From contig OZ242383.1 in the NCBI GenBank assembly GCA_965209155.1, positions 1,440,001 through 1,504,000 of the forward strand: DNA of 64,000 nucleotides, written 5' to 3'. Below are positions 9,291-18,889 of this stretch, one piece after another. Each line of letters begins with the position of its first letter. Position 1 is the stretch's first letter. This DNA is from a bacterium (GTDB taxonomy: Bacteria > SAR324 > NAC60-12). The notes under the pieces are model-generated. The model had not been told where the DNA came from. It saw only the letters and a program-made list of their open reading frames with translations, and did not search any database. Made by a program: the position numbers and the translations under genes.

Positions 9291-10378
9291 AAACCATAGC
9301 CATCGCCCCACATCGTTTGTGTTGCTCCTTCAACCCCGATTGGCGCTCCGAGTGCCGGACCAACAAGATGCATAGGAATTGAGACTTCGTCTACCTTTGC
9401 TCCCAAAGACTTCAGGGCGGCAACGGCTGCCTTGAATTTTTCATTAACATCTTTCTCTTCATCATGATGCCGCCGTAGAGTCCCCAAATCACCAGCACGA
9501 AGATCGCCTTCCTGCATGTACCATTCTTTGACCACGGCAATCTTCATGCCTTTTAAACCGTCTTTCCCCTTAAGAGCCTCCGTGTAGCGTTGTGTTTTCA
9601 CATTAGATTGCCTGGAATCATATCCATTCACACCAGCAATCACTTCCAGCATTAACGCGTTGTCCTCGACATTATTTGTCATAGGACCCGTATAATCTAC
9701 ATTCGGTTCACCCGTAAATATGCCTGTATAAGGGACAAGCCCATAGGTAGGCTTCATTCCATATATTCCACAGCAAGCCGCAGGTATTCTAATGGATCCC
9801 CCTTGATCACAACCAATCGCGAGATCGACCTCTCCTGCAGCAACAAGGACAGCACTGCCAGAAGATGATCCGCCTGCCGAATATCCCATTTTATGGGGGT
9901 TATGTACCAGTCCTTTTGCATTGGTATGACTGCCACCAGACGCGCAAAGATTTTCGCAGTGGGCTTTTCCGACAATCGTAGCCCCTGCATCCAAAAGCCG
10001 TGTGACCATCGTCGCATCTATGTCAGGAACATACCCCTCCAAAAGGGAAGTTCCATTCATCATGGGAACACCAGCCAGCATGACGTTATCCTTCAAGACA
10101 ACGGTTTTTCCTTGAAGTTTCCCTTGAGCAGCCCCTTTAACTTCTGTCTTCACATACCAGGCATTATACTGATTTTCTTCACCCCCGGGTTGATAGCTGG
10201 GTGTTCGTGGATACTTAACAAGCGGAAGATTATCAGGCATCGCATCAACCACATTGTAAGCATCTACATGTCCCTGGAGCAGACCCCTATAAGATTCAAC
10301 ATCCGCATCCGTTAAATCCAGCCCCATTTCATCGGCGAGTTCTCGTATTTGTTGCGGTGTTGGTAATTGTACAGCCAT
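9290..10378 (-). pseudogene. Amidase signature family protein, 3'-truncated
   Basis: VVLKDN, GGSSSGS, GCDQGGSIRIPAACCG; amidase-like sequence stops after TQTMWGDGYG. Confidence 0.8.
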
Positions 10379-10410
10379 TTTTTACTTTCCTTAAAAAGTT
10401 TACAAAATTT

Positions 10411-10634
10411 CTGATTATAACGGATTAAGGGGTCTTCAATAATTTCAATGAGTTGGCAGTCCTCAAAGGGCCCATAATCCGTTCTCTTTATAGAAACGGT
10501 AGGGCGGGGTGACGTCCCCGCCAAAACAGGCATGGCCCCCTCTGGCCGGGACGTCACCCCGCCCTACCGTTGTTTCGAGGTTTCGTCAGATCGGCTTTGA
10601 TTTTTGACCCCTCCCTTTAATCCGTTACAATCAG
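10411..10634. mobile_element. 224-bp MITE containing a REP-like doublet
   Basis: TIRs CTGATTATAACGGATTAAGGGG / CTGATTGTAACGGATTAAAGGG; 8-bp TSD CAAAATTT at 10403-10410 and 10635-10642; internal perfect 24-bp inverted repeat 10495-10518 / 10548-10571 containing GTAG. Confidence 0.85.
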
Positions 10635-10662
10635 CAAAATTTCTTTCCGCTCCCCTTAGATC

Positions 10663-11712
10663 CTAGCGGTAATAGAGGGAAACGCCCTCGTGGAAAACGT
10701 GAATCTTGGGGGGTTCGGCGGTCAGTTTGACCGAGTTGCCGCGCAACCCTGTGTGAATGCCCGGCAGCTTTGCGAGCACGGTATCCTTGTCCTGCACCCG
10801 GTCAAAGTGGAGCAGGGTCACCTCGCCCAATTCCTCGGTGATGCTCACCTTGCCCTCGAAAATATAATCGCCGTCGGTTTCTACCAAATCCTCCGGCCGA
10901 ACCCCAACGTTGACCTTCAGGCCTTGCTCCGAGCTTCGCGTCTGGGCAGCCGAGACGGCAACCCCGCCGGTATCGAGTTTGATGGTGGTCTGCTCTCCCG
11001 TGCCGACGACTTCGCCGGGAATCAGGTTCATGGCGGGCGAGCCGATGAACTGGGCGACAAACTCGTTTTGGGGCCGGGTATACAGTTCCAACGGTCTGCC
11101 GACCTGACCAATGCGCCCACCGGGGGTGAGTAACACGATGCGGTTCGCCAGGGTCATGGCCTCCACCTGGTCGTGGGTCACCTAGATCATGGTGCTCTCG
11201 GGCATCGACTCCTTGAGCTGGGCAATCTCAATCCGGGTGGCCACCCGCAAGGCGGCATCAAGATTGGAGAGCGGCTCGTCGAACAGGTAAACCTTGGGAT
11301 CACGCACGATCGCGCGACCGATGGCCACCCGCTGACGCTGGCCGCCGGAGAGCGCCTTGGGTAGCCGTTCGAGATAGGGCTCCATCTGGAGCATCCGCGC
11401 GGCCTGCGTGACGGTAGTATTGATCACCTGACGCGACTTCCTGGCAAGCTCGAGGGCAAAGCTCATGTTCTTGCGCACGTTCATGTGCGGATACAACCCA
11501 TAGGACTGGAAGACCATCGCGATACCACGCTGGGCCGGTGGCACATCATTGACGACCTGCCCTTCGATCTCCAGTGTGCCCGACGTGATGGTCTCGAGTC
11601 CGGCGATCATGCGTAAAAGGGTTGTCTTGCCACAGCTCGACGGCCCGAGTAAGACGATCAGTTCACCCTGCTCGATATCCAGATTGATATCCTCGAGGGC
11701 CTTGACGGCTCC
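10663..11712 (-). pseudogene. Sugar ABC transporter ATP-binding subunit (MalK-like), 5'-truncated, with an in-frame stop
   Basis: [29 protein letters not shown] at 11182-11184 replaces Y in MI(Y)VTHDQ; no start codon. Confidence 0.88.
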
Positions 11713-11717
11713 TCGTG

Positions 11718-11819
11718 CTAAGCGCTCTTGCTTTTATTGCTCTCGTTCTTTTTCAAAGAGTTGACTGGCTTCTTGAAGAGCCTGGAGGTGGGGAATTTCG
11801 GAAGATACCTGAATAGTTA
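11718..11819 (-). repeat. Internally deleted inverted copy of 49933-50130
   Basis: 11718-11796 matches 50052-50130 (74/79); 11801-11819 matches 49933-49951 exactly. Confidence 0.9.
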
Positions 11820-11859
11820 GCAAAAATATTTCTGTTGGCAACTGTCGAAAATTCAAGTC

Positions 11860-12939
11860 TCAAGCAAAGAGATTGCCATTCGCAATTTGGATTGTTTTTC
11901 CATGGTGTATCAAATCGGTAGGAACAATTGTTGAGGTGATGAAAATCTGGTTTTTCAATTCCTTGAAAAATTGTAAAACGTTCTCGTTCACGCCGGGGTC
12001 TAATTCTGAGAACAGATCATCGAAAATGAGTACGGGATAAAAACCATATCTCTCTGATAATAGTTGATTTATTGACATTTTTAAAGATAAATTAGTGACG
12101 CGTAATTCTCCTTGTGAAAAAAAGTCACGATCAGCTCGATCATCCAGAAATAAGCGATAATCGTCTCGGTGGGGTCCCAGGAGGGCATACCCGTATTTCA
12201 GTTCTCTTTCCATAATTTTTTGTAGCATTTCATTCATGGATTGGGGACACTTGTCACACCCTTCTCCGAAAGAAGGTTGGTAAACCAACAGCAGTTTTTC
12301 CGGTCTCCCTGTCATTTTCTTAAAAAAACCGCTCAAATCGCGATTGATTGCTTGAACGAAATCGTATCTCCGCCTGATCACTTTTTGACTGGATTTCAAA
12401 AGTAGTTCGTTCCAAAGGGGAATTTGAGAAATTTCTTTTCTTTTCAAGAGGGCATTTTTCTGTTCTAAAACTTGATTCAATTCTTGTATATCAGAAAAAT
12501 ATGAGGCATCGACGAATGAAAGGGTTCGGTCAAAAAAGCGTCTCCTTTCATAAGGATGCGCACGAAACAAAGGTATATCTTCCGGTGTGAAGGCGAGAGA
12601 AAAAAAAGAAAAGATATGCTCTGACGCTTTGCGAGAGAATTTCTGGTTCAGTAAAACTTTTTTCCCTTTTTTGAAAAGGTTGATTTGAACAGAGAAAAGA
12701 ACGTTGTTGCGCTCCACTGATGACTTGATTAAAGCAAATTCATTTTTTTCCTGTAAAAGTGGTAGGATTTTATGCGTACGGAAAGAATCCAGGTTGCAGA
12801 GATAATACAAGGCCTCAACAAGATTCGTCTTTCCTTGTCCGTTACCTCCCCATATAAAATTCATTTGAGGGGAAAACTCAATTTTCAGATGAGTATAATT
12901 ACGAAAATGGTGCAGTTCCAAGGCATGGATTACCATCAA
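11860..12939 (-). CDS. recF: DNA replication/repair protein RecF
   Basis: FRNY, GGNGQGKTN, GPHRDD, SQGE, LIFDDLFSELD; lies downstream of dnaN. Confidence 0.95.
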   Translation of the reverse strand: MMVIHALELHHFRNYTHLKIEFSPQMNFIWGGNGQGKTNLVEALYYLCNLDSFRTHKILPLLQEKNEFALIKSSVERNNVLFSVQINLFKKGKKVLLNQKFSRKASEHIFSFFSLAFTPEDIPLFRAHPYERRRFFDRTLSFVDASYFSDIQELNQVLEQKNALLKRKEISQIPLWNELLLKSSQKVIRRRYDFVQAINRDLSGFFKKMTGRPEKLLLVYQPSFGEGCDKCPQSMNEMLQKIMERELKYGYALLGPHRDDYRLFLDDRADRDFFSQGELRVTNLSLKMSINQLLSERYGFYPVLIFDDLFSELDPGVNENVLQFFKELKNQIFITSTIVPTDLIHHGKTIQIANGNLFA

Positions 12940-13027
12940 ACTTCCCTTTGTCGCAACAGGAAGTCTTTTGATTTTTCAACATCATTACCATTCATCCGAT
13001 TTGCCAATTCTTCAATTTTCTCGGAAT

Positions 13028-14167
13028 TCACCATTCGATTCGTAAAGGCATGATCACGGAAAGAAAGGAATCATCCGCAGGGTCTTTGATCACGCAAGGA
13101 CTCATGGCATTCTTGAATTCCAATCGAATCTCCTCACCAGCGAGCACATTCAATACATCCAATAAATACCTGGCATTGAAACCAATCTGGAATTCTTCTC
13201 CGCTATGATCGATTAATATTTCATCCCGCACCTCGCCATATTCCGCTTTTTCACTTTCCAAAATCAACTTTTCGGGTGCAATCGTCACTTTGACGGGCTT
13301 CAGTTTTTCAGTACTGATCAATGAAACAATCCTTAAAGAGCTGATCAATCGTTCTCGGTCTACTATGATGGAAAAATCATTGTTTTTGGGAATGATCGGA
13401 TCGGTATTGGGGAACTTTCCTTCAATCAACCGTGTCTGGATGGTAAAGCGTGAACTGAAAAATTGCAGCGTTCGATCATCAAAAGAAATTTCCACGGGAT
13501 CAATAAAAAGATCGGCTGCTTTACTGACTTCCTGCAATGCTTTTCTCGGAATAATTATTTCGAATACGTTCTCAGATTTCGTAGAAGTCACGCTTCCTAC
13601 GCACTCGGCCAATCGATGACCGTCCGTTGCAAGCCATCTTGTCGTCTTTTCATCCTTTATCGACAGGCACACCCCCATCAAATTCCTCCGGGATTCATTG
13701 GTCTGGGCAGCAAACAAGGTATATTCAATAAAATGTTTCAAATCCTCAGCGGTCGTGACTACTTTTTCAGGTAAATTCTCTAAATTCGCCTGGGGATAAA
13801 GACCCACGTCGATCGAAGGCAGTTTAAGTTCGGAAACACCACTCGTAACATGAATCCACAGTTGGTCCGTCGATTTGATGTGGATTTGTTGTCCAGGAAA
13901 TTCCCGGCAAATATCATACATTCTACGCGCGCTGATACAGACGCTGCCATGCTCGACCACCTCAGCAGGAAATTTTCCAATGACTGTGATTTCATAATCA
14001 GTGGAAGAAAATTCAACGCAACTTTCACCATCTATTCCATGTTCTTCGTCCAATGATTTGAGTAAGAAATTGGATAGAATGGGTTTGGCGGTACTTTTAT
14101 CCGTTATGGATTGGATGGATTGTAAAGCGCCGATTAATACTTCTTTTTCAATTAGGATTTCCATCAT
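13028..14167 (-). CDS. dnaN: DNA polymerase III beta clamp
   Basis: PILSN, STDYE, ATDGHRLA, RLIEGKFP, GFNARYLLD, VIMPLRI. Confidence 0.97.
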   Translation of the reverse strand: MMEILIEKEVLIGALQSIQSITDKSTAKPILSNFLLKSLDEEHGIDGESCVEFSSTDYEITVIGKFPAEVVEHGSVCISARRMYDICREFPGQQIHIKSTDQLWIHVTSGVSELKLPSIDVGLYPQANLENLPEKVVTTAEDLKHFIEYTLFAAQTNESRRNLMGVCLSIKDEKTTRWLATDGHRLAECVGSVTSTKSENVFEIIIPRKALQEVSKAADLFIDPVEISFDDRTLQFFSSRFTIQTRLIEGKFPNTDPIIPKNNDFSIIVDRERLISSLRIVSLISTEKLKPVKVTIAPEKLILESEKAEYGEVRDEILIDHSGEEFQIGFNARYLLDVLNVLAGEEIRLEFKNAMSPCVIKDPADDSFLSVIMPLRIEW

Positions 14168-14487
14168 TTACCTTATAGTAGTAGTAGGAAAGACTATAAG
14201 CTTAATGTTTTTTCAAGTTATTGATATTGAAGAATAATTTTTAGAGAAAAATTGTTACATTTTTTCAATCAAAATGTAATTTAAACAAATTTGAAAATAA
14301 TTTCGGGAGATTTCACGGAAACTTTGTATGATCTTTAAAGTTTAATCAATTTATGAACATTAATTACCAACTTCGAAACAACAAAAACCACTGATCTGGT
14401 CTTGAAGGATTTCTTTTGGAATGGTGAAAAATTTTTCAGAAAGTTACTGGAATCCAAGTTGCGAGCATACAACAAATTGCTCGTTTT
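14168..14487. promoter_or_regulatory. Candidate replication origin (oriC-like)
   Basis: AT-rich intergenic region upstream of dnaN; (TAG)4 DnaA-trio-like run at 14176-14187; perfect IHF consensus at 14214-14226; only degenerate DnaA boxes (e.g. TTATGAACA at 14351). Confidence 0.5.
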
Positions 14488-15111
14488 TCATACAAAAATT
14501 TTCTTTACCCAGCTCGTTTCGCCTTTTCCTTGTCGAACCACAACCGGTGGAGAAATGGTGAAGTCCATGATAGTTGAATATTCTGCAAATATGGTCCCTC
14601 CGTCTATCACAAGATCTACCTGTTTTTTATACTCTTCATGCAAAAGGGTTGCGTCGTTGTACAAAGTATCTTCGGAAGTGAGTAAACTGGTGCTCAGGAT
14701 TGGATGTCCCAATGTTTCCACGAGTTTTATGGCAATGGAATGATCCGGCCATCGGCACCCCAGGGTTTTTCGCCTCGTCAGCATCATTTGCGGAACCACC
14801 TTGGATGCATTGAAAATAAAGGTGTAGGGCCCTGGCAAATAACGCCGTATTATCCTGAAAATATGCGTTGGAATTCCTTGAGTGTATTCTTGAATTTGAC
14901 TGTCACTGCTGCAGATGAAGCTCATGGGTTTTTTGGGATCCCTGTTTTTTATCTGACATATTCGTGTCATTGCCTTTTTACTGAATATGCTGCATCCAAG
15001 ACCATAAACCGTATCTGTAGGATAAATAATCACTCCGTCATCATTCAGAATGGAAACGGTTCTCTCAATCAAGCGTTGCTGGGGACTTAAAGGGTTGATA
15101 GTCAGTAGCAT
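14488..15111 (-). CDS. Sua5/YciO/YrdC family (threonylcarbamoyl-AMP synthase-like) protein
   Basis: YPTDTVYGLGC, LPGPYTFI, PILSTS, DLVIDGG. Confidence 0.9.
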   Translation of the reverse strand: MLLTINPLSPQQRLIERTVSILNDDGVIIYPTDTVYGLGCSIFSKKAMTRICQIKNRDPKKPMSFICSSDSQIQEYTQGIPTHIFRIIRRYLPGPYTFIFNASKVVPQMMLTRRKTLGCRWPDHSIAIKLVETLGHPILSTSLLTSEDTLYNDATLLHEEYKKQVDLVIDGGTIFAEYSTIMDFTISPPVVVRQGKGETSWVKKIFV

Positions 15112-15130
15112 AAGACTAATTGGCATTCGG

Positions 15131-15610
15131 TTAGAAATGGAGGATGCGGTTAAGCGCATCATAAATCACAATGGCAGCCGCGGAGGACAAATTCAGGCTG
15201 CGTATGCGGGAATTCCACATGGGAATGGTATAGCAACGATCCGTGAATTGTGAAAGCCAGCGTTTGGGAAGCCCGGAAGTTTCTTTGCCAAAAAAATAAT
15301 AGTCACTTTTTTGAGGCACGCATCGGGTGTACGGACGATTGCAGTGGACCGTCAACAGGTGAAATTGTTCGGGAAGCAGTGAGTCAATGAATGATTGCGC
15401 GTCGAGTCGATGTTCCCAACTGACAAATTGCCAATAATCGAGCCCTGCGCGTTTGAGATATCGATCCGAGAGGTCAAACCCCAACTCTCCCAACAAAATG
15501 AGGTGACATTGCGTAGCAGCGCAAAGTCGGGCGATATTGCCTGTATTTGGAGGAATTTGAGGTTCAACCAATACGACATTCAATTGAGGAGAAGACAACA
15601 ATCTCATCAT
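15131..15610 (-). CDS. trmL: tRNA (cytidine(34)-2'-O)-methyltransferase
   Basis: EPQIPPNTGNIARLCA, KRAGLDYW, FGKETSGLP, RSLNLS. Confidence 0.93.
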   Translation of the reverse strand: MMRLLSSPQLNVVLVEPQIPPNTGNIARLCAATQCHLILLGELGFDLSDRYLKRAGLDYWQFVSWEHRLDAQSFIDSLLPEQFHLLTVHCNRPYTRCVPQKSDYYFFGKETSGLPKRWLSQFTDRCYTIPMWNSRIRSLNLSSAAAIVIYDALNRILHF

Positions 15611-16707
15611 CTCTGCTTTTCAAGAATAAGCAACTGCTTTTCATTTTGAAATCGTTCAAGTGCCAATTCAATCAAGCGTTCCAGCAATTTTCTTTGAGAG
15701 AGTCCTGAAGCTTCCCACAATTTAGGATACATGCTGATATTTGTAAATCCGGGGAGAGTGTTCGCTTCATTGACAATAAAAGAACCATCGTCCCTGACAA
15801 AGAAGTCGACTCGCGTCATCCCTTCACATTCCAGGATATCGCAGACTGATAATGCCGCCTGACGCAAATTTTGAACAACTTCCGCCGGCAGTTGAGCAGG
15901 AACAAACAATTTTGCTCCATCTTCCAGGACATACTTTGCGTCATAAGAATAAAACTCGTCCAGGGGAACGATTTCTCCCAAAGCTGCAGAGGCATGAGAA
16001 ACAGCATTTCCTAAAACAGAACATTCAATTTCTCGTCCTTCCACTGCCTGTTCTATTAAGACTTTGCGATCATACTGAAAGGCTTTGTCGATTGCCCGTT
16101 CAAATCCAGCAGCGTCCGAAATTTTGGAGATTCCCAGAGAAGAACCCAACCTGCCGGGTTTGATGAAAAGAGGAATTCCCAATTGTTCGGTTGCCTCTCT
16201 GAAAGTGATTTTTTGATGTTTTTTAACAGCAATAAAAGGAGTGACCGGCAATCCCTTATCTCTTAAGAGACGCTTGCTGATATCCTTGTCCATGCAAATC
16301 GCGGATCCTGTCACGTCGGCTCCTACAAAAGGCACTTGCAAAGTACGTAAAAATCCCTGCAGCGTCCCATCCTCTCCATGAGGTCCATGCGTGATAGGAA
16401 AAAAAACATCAATTTTTGCCAGACATTCCCCCGTCTCTTTTTCAATCAAGTGGCCACCATTGAGGGGTACTACCATTGGTTTCGCATCGTTTAACGAGAC
16501 TTGTTGAATATCCTCGGGGTGGTGAAGGAAACCTTCATCCCAGCTCAAATGCCATTTCCCTGATTGCTCGATACCGATCACTGCCACATTGAATTTTTCG
16601 GGATCGAGGTTCTTTTGAATGTTCAAACCCGAGATCAAAGAAACTCTGTGCTCTCCGCTACGACCGCCGCATAAGATCCCAACCGTGATTTTTTCATCGA
16701 ACTTCAT
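15607..16707 (-). CDS. ddl: D-alanine--D-alanine ligase
   Basis: GGRSGEHRVS, HGPHGEDGTLQG, GSSLGI, FYSYDAKY, NEANTLPGFT. Confidence 0.95.
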   Translation of the reverse strand: MKFDEKITVGILCGGRSGEHRVSLISGLNIQKNLDPEKFNVAVIGIEQSGKWHLSWDEGFLHHPEDIQQVSLNDAKPMVVPLNGGHLIEKETGECLAKIDVFFPITHGPHGEDGTLQGFLRTLQVPFVGADVTGSAICMDKDISKRLLRDKGLPVTPFIAVKKHQKITFREATEQLGIPLFIKPGRLGSSLGISKISDAAGFERAIDKAFQYDRKVLIEQAVEGREIECSVLGNAVSHASAALGEIVPLDEFYSYDAKYVLEDGAKLFVPAQLPAEVVQNLRQAALSVCDILECEGMTRVDFFVRDDGSFIVNEANTLPGFTNISMYPKLWEASGLSQRKLLERLIELALERFQNEKQLLILEKQR

Positions 16708-16883
16708 AAAAACTATCCAGGTAAGTAAGGAGGGTATAAATTGTTTCCAAGTCAATGCAAAATCGTGTAGACTGAAATATTTCACCCCAATGATTCCGTT
16801 TTGGAATGAATTCCAGAATATCCTGATAGTCGGAAGATAATCAAATCAATTCAATGGCAATTGCTCGCAGGAAAGGCCTATCC

Positions 16884-17114
16884 ATGAAAGGATTTAAATT
16901 GGAAAGCAAGTGGATTCAGTTCAGTGCCATGGGTTTGGAATTGGGACTTTCCGTCATCGTCGGGCTGCTTATCGGAAATTTTCTGGATGGACAATTTGGC
17001 ACTGAGCCCTGGCTGCTTTTGTTATTTCTTATTTTTGGACTCATTGCAGGATTCCGCAGCGTTTTCCGCCTCCTGAAAAAACTGAACTCTACAGAAAACA
17101 CCACTCCATCATAG
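16884..17114 (+). CDS. AtpZ/AtpI family F0F1 accessory protein
   Basis: Two TM helices, GNFLDGQFGTEPW; first gene of the atp F0 cluster. Confidence 0.85.
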   Translation: MKGFKLESKWIQFSAMGLELGLSVIVGLLIGNFLDGQFGTEPWLLLLFLIFGLIAGFRSVFRLLKKLNSTENTTPS

Positions 17115-17125
17115 ATAGTCAATCC

Positions 17126-17554
17126 ATGGACAGTGAAAAACATTTCAATGGCTATCCACCCGATGAATCCGGTAATCCGCTGTCAACCGCAGCCGTGAGC
17201 GAAATCACATTTATTTTGATTACGGTGAGTTTGTTGATTGTCTTGGGAACCGCATTTTTCAAAGTTGACTTTGTACCCGGAGTCTTGTTAGGGTGTCTTG
17301 TCGTCGTTTTAAACTTTTACCTCACACGCCGGATTCTCTCGAGGCTTATGATGTTCAAAGATTTGAAACGGCGGATGCTGGTTCTGTATCTCTTCAAATT
17401 GGGTTTATCCGGAATCGTCTTATACTTGGCAATTGTTCAATTTCGTCTACCCGGACTTGCAATATTGATCGGTTTGTCGAATATATTGATTACCATGTTG
17501 GTTTTTGCGATTAAACGCACCTTGTTTCCTTCTCTTCAAATTCCCAGGAGTTGA
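17126..17554 (+). CDS. atpI: ATP synthase subunit I
   Basis: Four-TM hydrophobic protein immediately before atpB. Confidence 0.75.
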   Translation: MDSEKHFNGYPPDESGNPLSTAAVSEITFILITVSLLIVLGTAFFKVDFVPGVLLGCLVVVLNFYLTRRILSRLMMFKDLKRRMLVLYLFKLGLSGIVLYLAIVQFRLPGLAILIGLSNILITMLVFAIKRTLFPSLQIPRS

Positions 17555-17588
17555 AGCAGAACGCATTGAGGAAGAAATCAGGAAATTC

Positions 17589-18362
17589 ATGAAAAAATTC
17601 ATCTTATCGGGTTTATTGGTTCTGAGCGCGCCATCCGCTTTTGCGGCAGGTGGATTCACCTGGTCGCATTGGATGTTGGGGTTTCTGGAAGAACCGTTGG
17701 CAGCAATGGGCATCGATCCTCAACCTGTTTTGAATATGCTCTTCGTGATCGCAGGATTGATCGTATTTGCCTATTTTGGCGGCAAACCATTTCGACAATC
17801 GCAAATGCTTGAACCCTCCGGGAGAGCGGATTTTACGAATTTTGTCGAAGTGGTGATCAGAGGAATTTATAGTTTCCTTTCTGGAATTATCCAGCATGGA
17901 GTGGGGGCCCGACCTTTGTTTCCTTTACTGGGAACCTACGCCATGTTCATTTTATGCATGAATTTGTTGGGCTTGGTCCCCGGCTTCAATCCACCCACAG
18001 ACCAATTCAACGTCACCCTTCCCTTCGCCTTGATTGTTTTTGTCGTCACTCATTATCTGGGGATTAAAGTCCATGGATCCCGTTATCTCAAACAGTTCAC
18101 AGGACCCCTTTGGTGGTTAGCTCCGTTGATGCTTCCTATTGAATTGATCACGCATTGCGTGCGACCAATGTCTTTGTCGATTCGTCTTTTCGGAAACATG
18201 ACGGGTGATCACAAGGTTGTAGCAGTATTCACTGCTATACTTGCGGTTGGATTGCCCATTCCCTTTATGGGATTGGGAGTTCTTATTTCTGTTTTACAGG
18301 CATTTGTTTTTGTTTTATTGTCCGCAATTTATTTTGAAAGCGCGATGAGTGAAGCCCACTGA
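17589..18362 (+). CDS. atpB: F0F1 ATP synthase subunit a
   Basis: [34 protein letters not shown]. Confidence 0.96.
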   Translation: MKKFILSGLLVLSAPSAFAAGGFTWSHWMLGFLEEPLAAMGIDPQPVLNMLFVIAGLIVFAYFGGKPFRQSQMLEPSGRADFTNFVEVVIRGIYSFLSGIIQHGVGARPLFPLLGTYAMFILCMNLLGLVPGFNPPTDQFNVTLPFALIVFVVTHYLGIKVHGSRYLKQFTGPLWWLAPLMLPIELITHCVRPMSLSIRLFGNMTGDHKVVAVFTAILAVGLPIPFMGLGVLISVLQAFVFVLLSAIYFESAMSEAH

Positions 18363-18394
18363 TCGCAATCGACGAATCTTTATTTGGTTTAGTA

Positions 18395-18694
18395 ATGAAA
18401 AAAACAGCTCTTTTCACGTTTTTTATGGCAATTATCGCTGCCCCCTTGTATGCGGCAGAAGGTGAATTGGCAACTTTCGGATTGGCTTTGGGAGCAGGAT
18501 TGGCTGTTTCTCTGGCCGCCTTGGGTGGAGGAATTGGACAGGGAATCGCAGTCAATGCCGCCTTGGAAGGAATTGCTCGCAATCCCAATGCCTCCGACAA
18601 GATTTTTACTCCGATGATTGTGGGATTGGCTTTGATCGAATCACTGGTCATCTATGGTCTGGTCATCGCCTTCATTCTTCAAGGGAAAATATAG
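18395..18694 (+). CDS. atpE: F0F1 ATP synthase subunit c
   Basis: [22 protein letters not shown]. Confidence 0.96.
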   Translation: MKKTALFTFFMAIIAAPLYAAEGELATFGLALGAGLAVSLAALGGGIGQGIAVNAALEGIARNPNASDKIFTPMIVGLALIESLVIYGLVIAFILQGKI

Positions 18695-18697
18695 TGA

Positions 18698-18725
18698 TTC
18701 CGGGTCCGCTTCGGTGGACCTGGAA
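18698..18725 (+). terminator. Stem-loop after atpE
   Basis: TTCCGGGTCCGC-TTCG-GTGGACCTGGAA; no U-tract follows, so the terminator role is uncertain. Confidence 0.5.
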
Positions 18726-18889
18726 ATACCCCTCCATTCAACTCTTATCTAAATATTTCTTCAAATGTCTTCAATTGCGCAAATCGGATTGAGAGCTTGA
18801 TTTTTAATAAGCACCACTTTGAATTTTGAGAAAATCCACAGTGGATTTTCACACTTTCAACCAGAAATGAATAATAAAGGAAAAACAAA

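Noticed and set aside
11182..11184. TAG read-through or pyrrolysine in the malK-like gene
   Set aside because: Replaces a conserved Tyr in a gene that also lacks its start; simple nonsense mutation.
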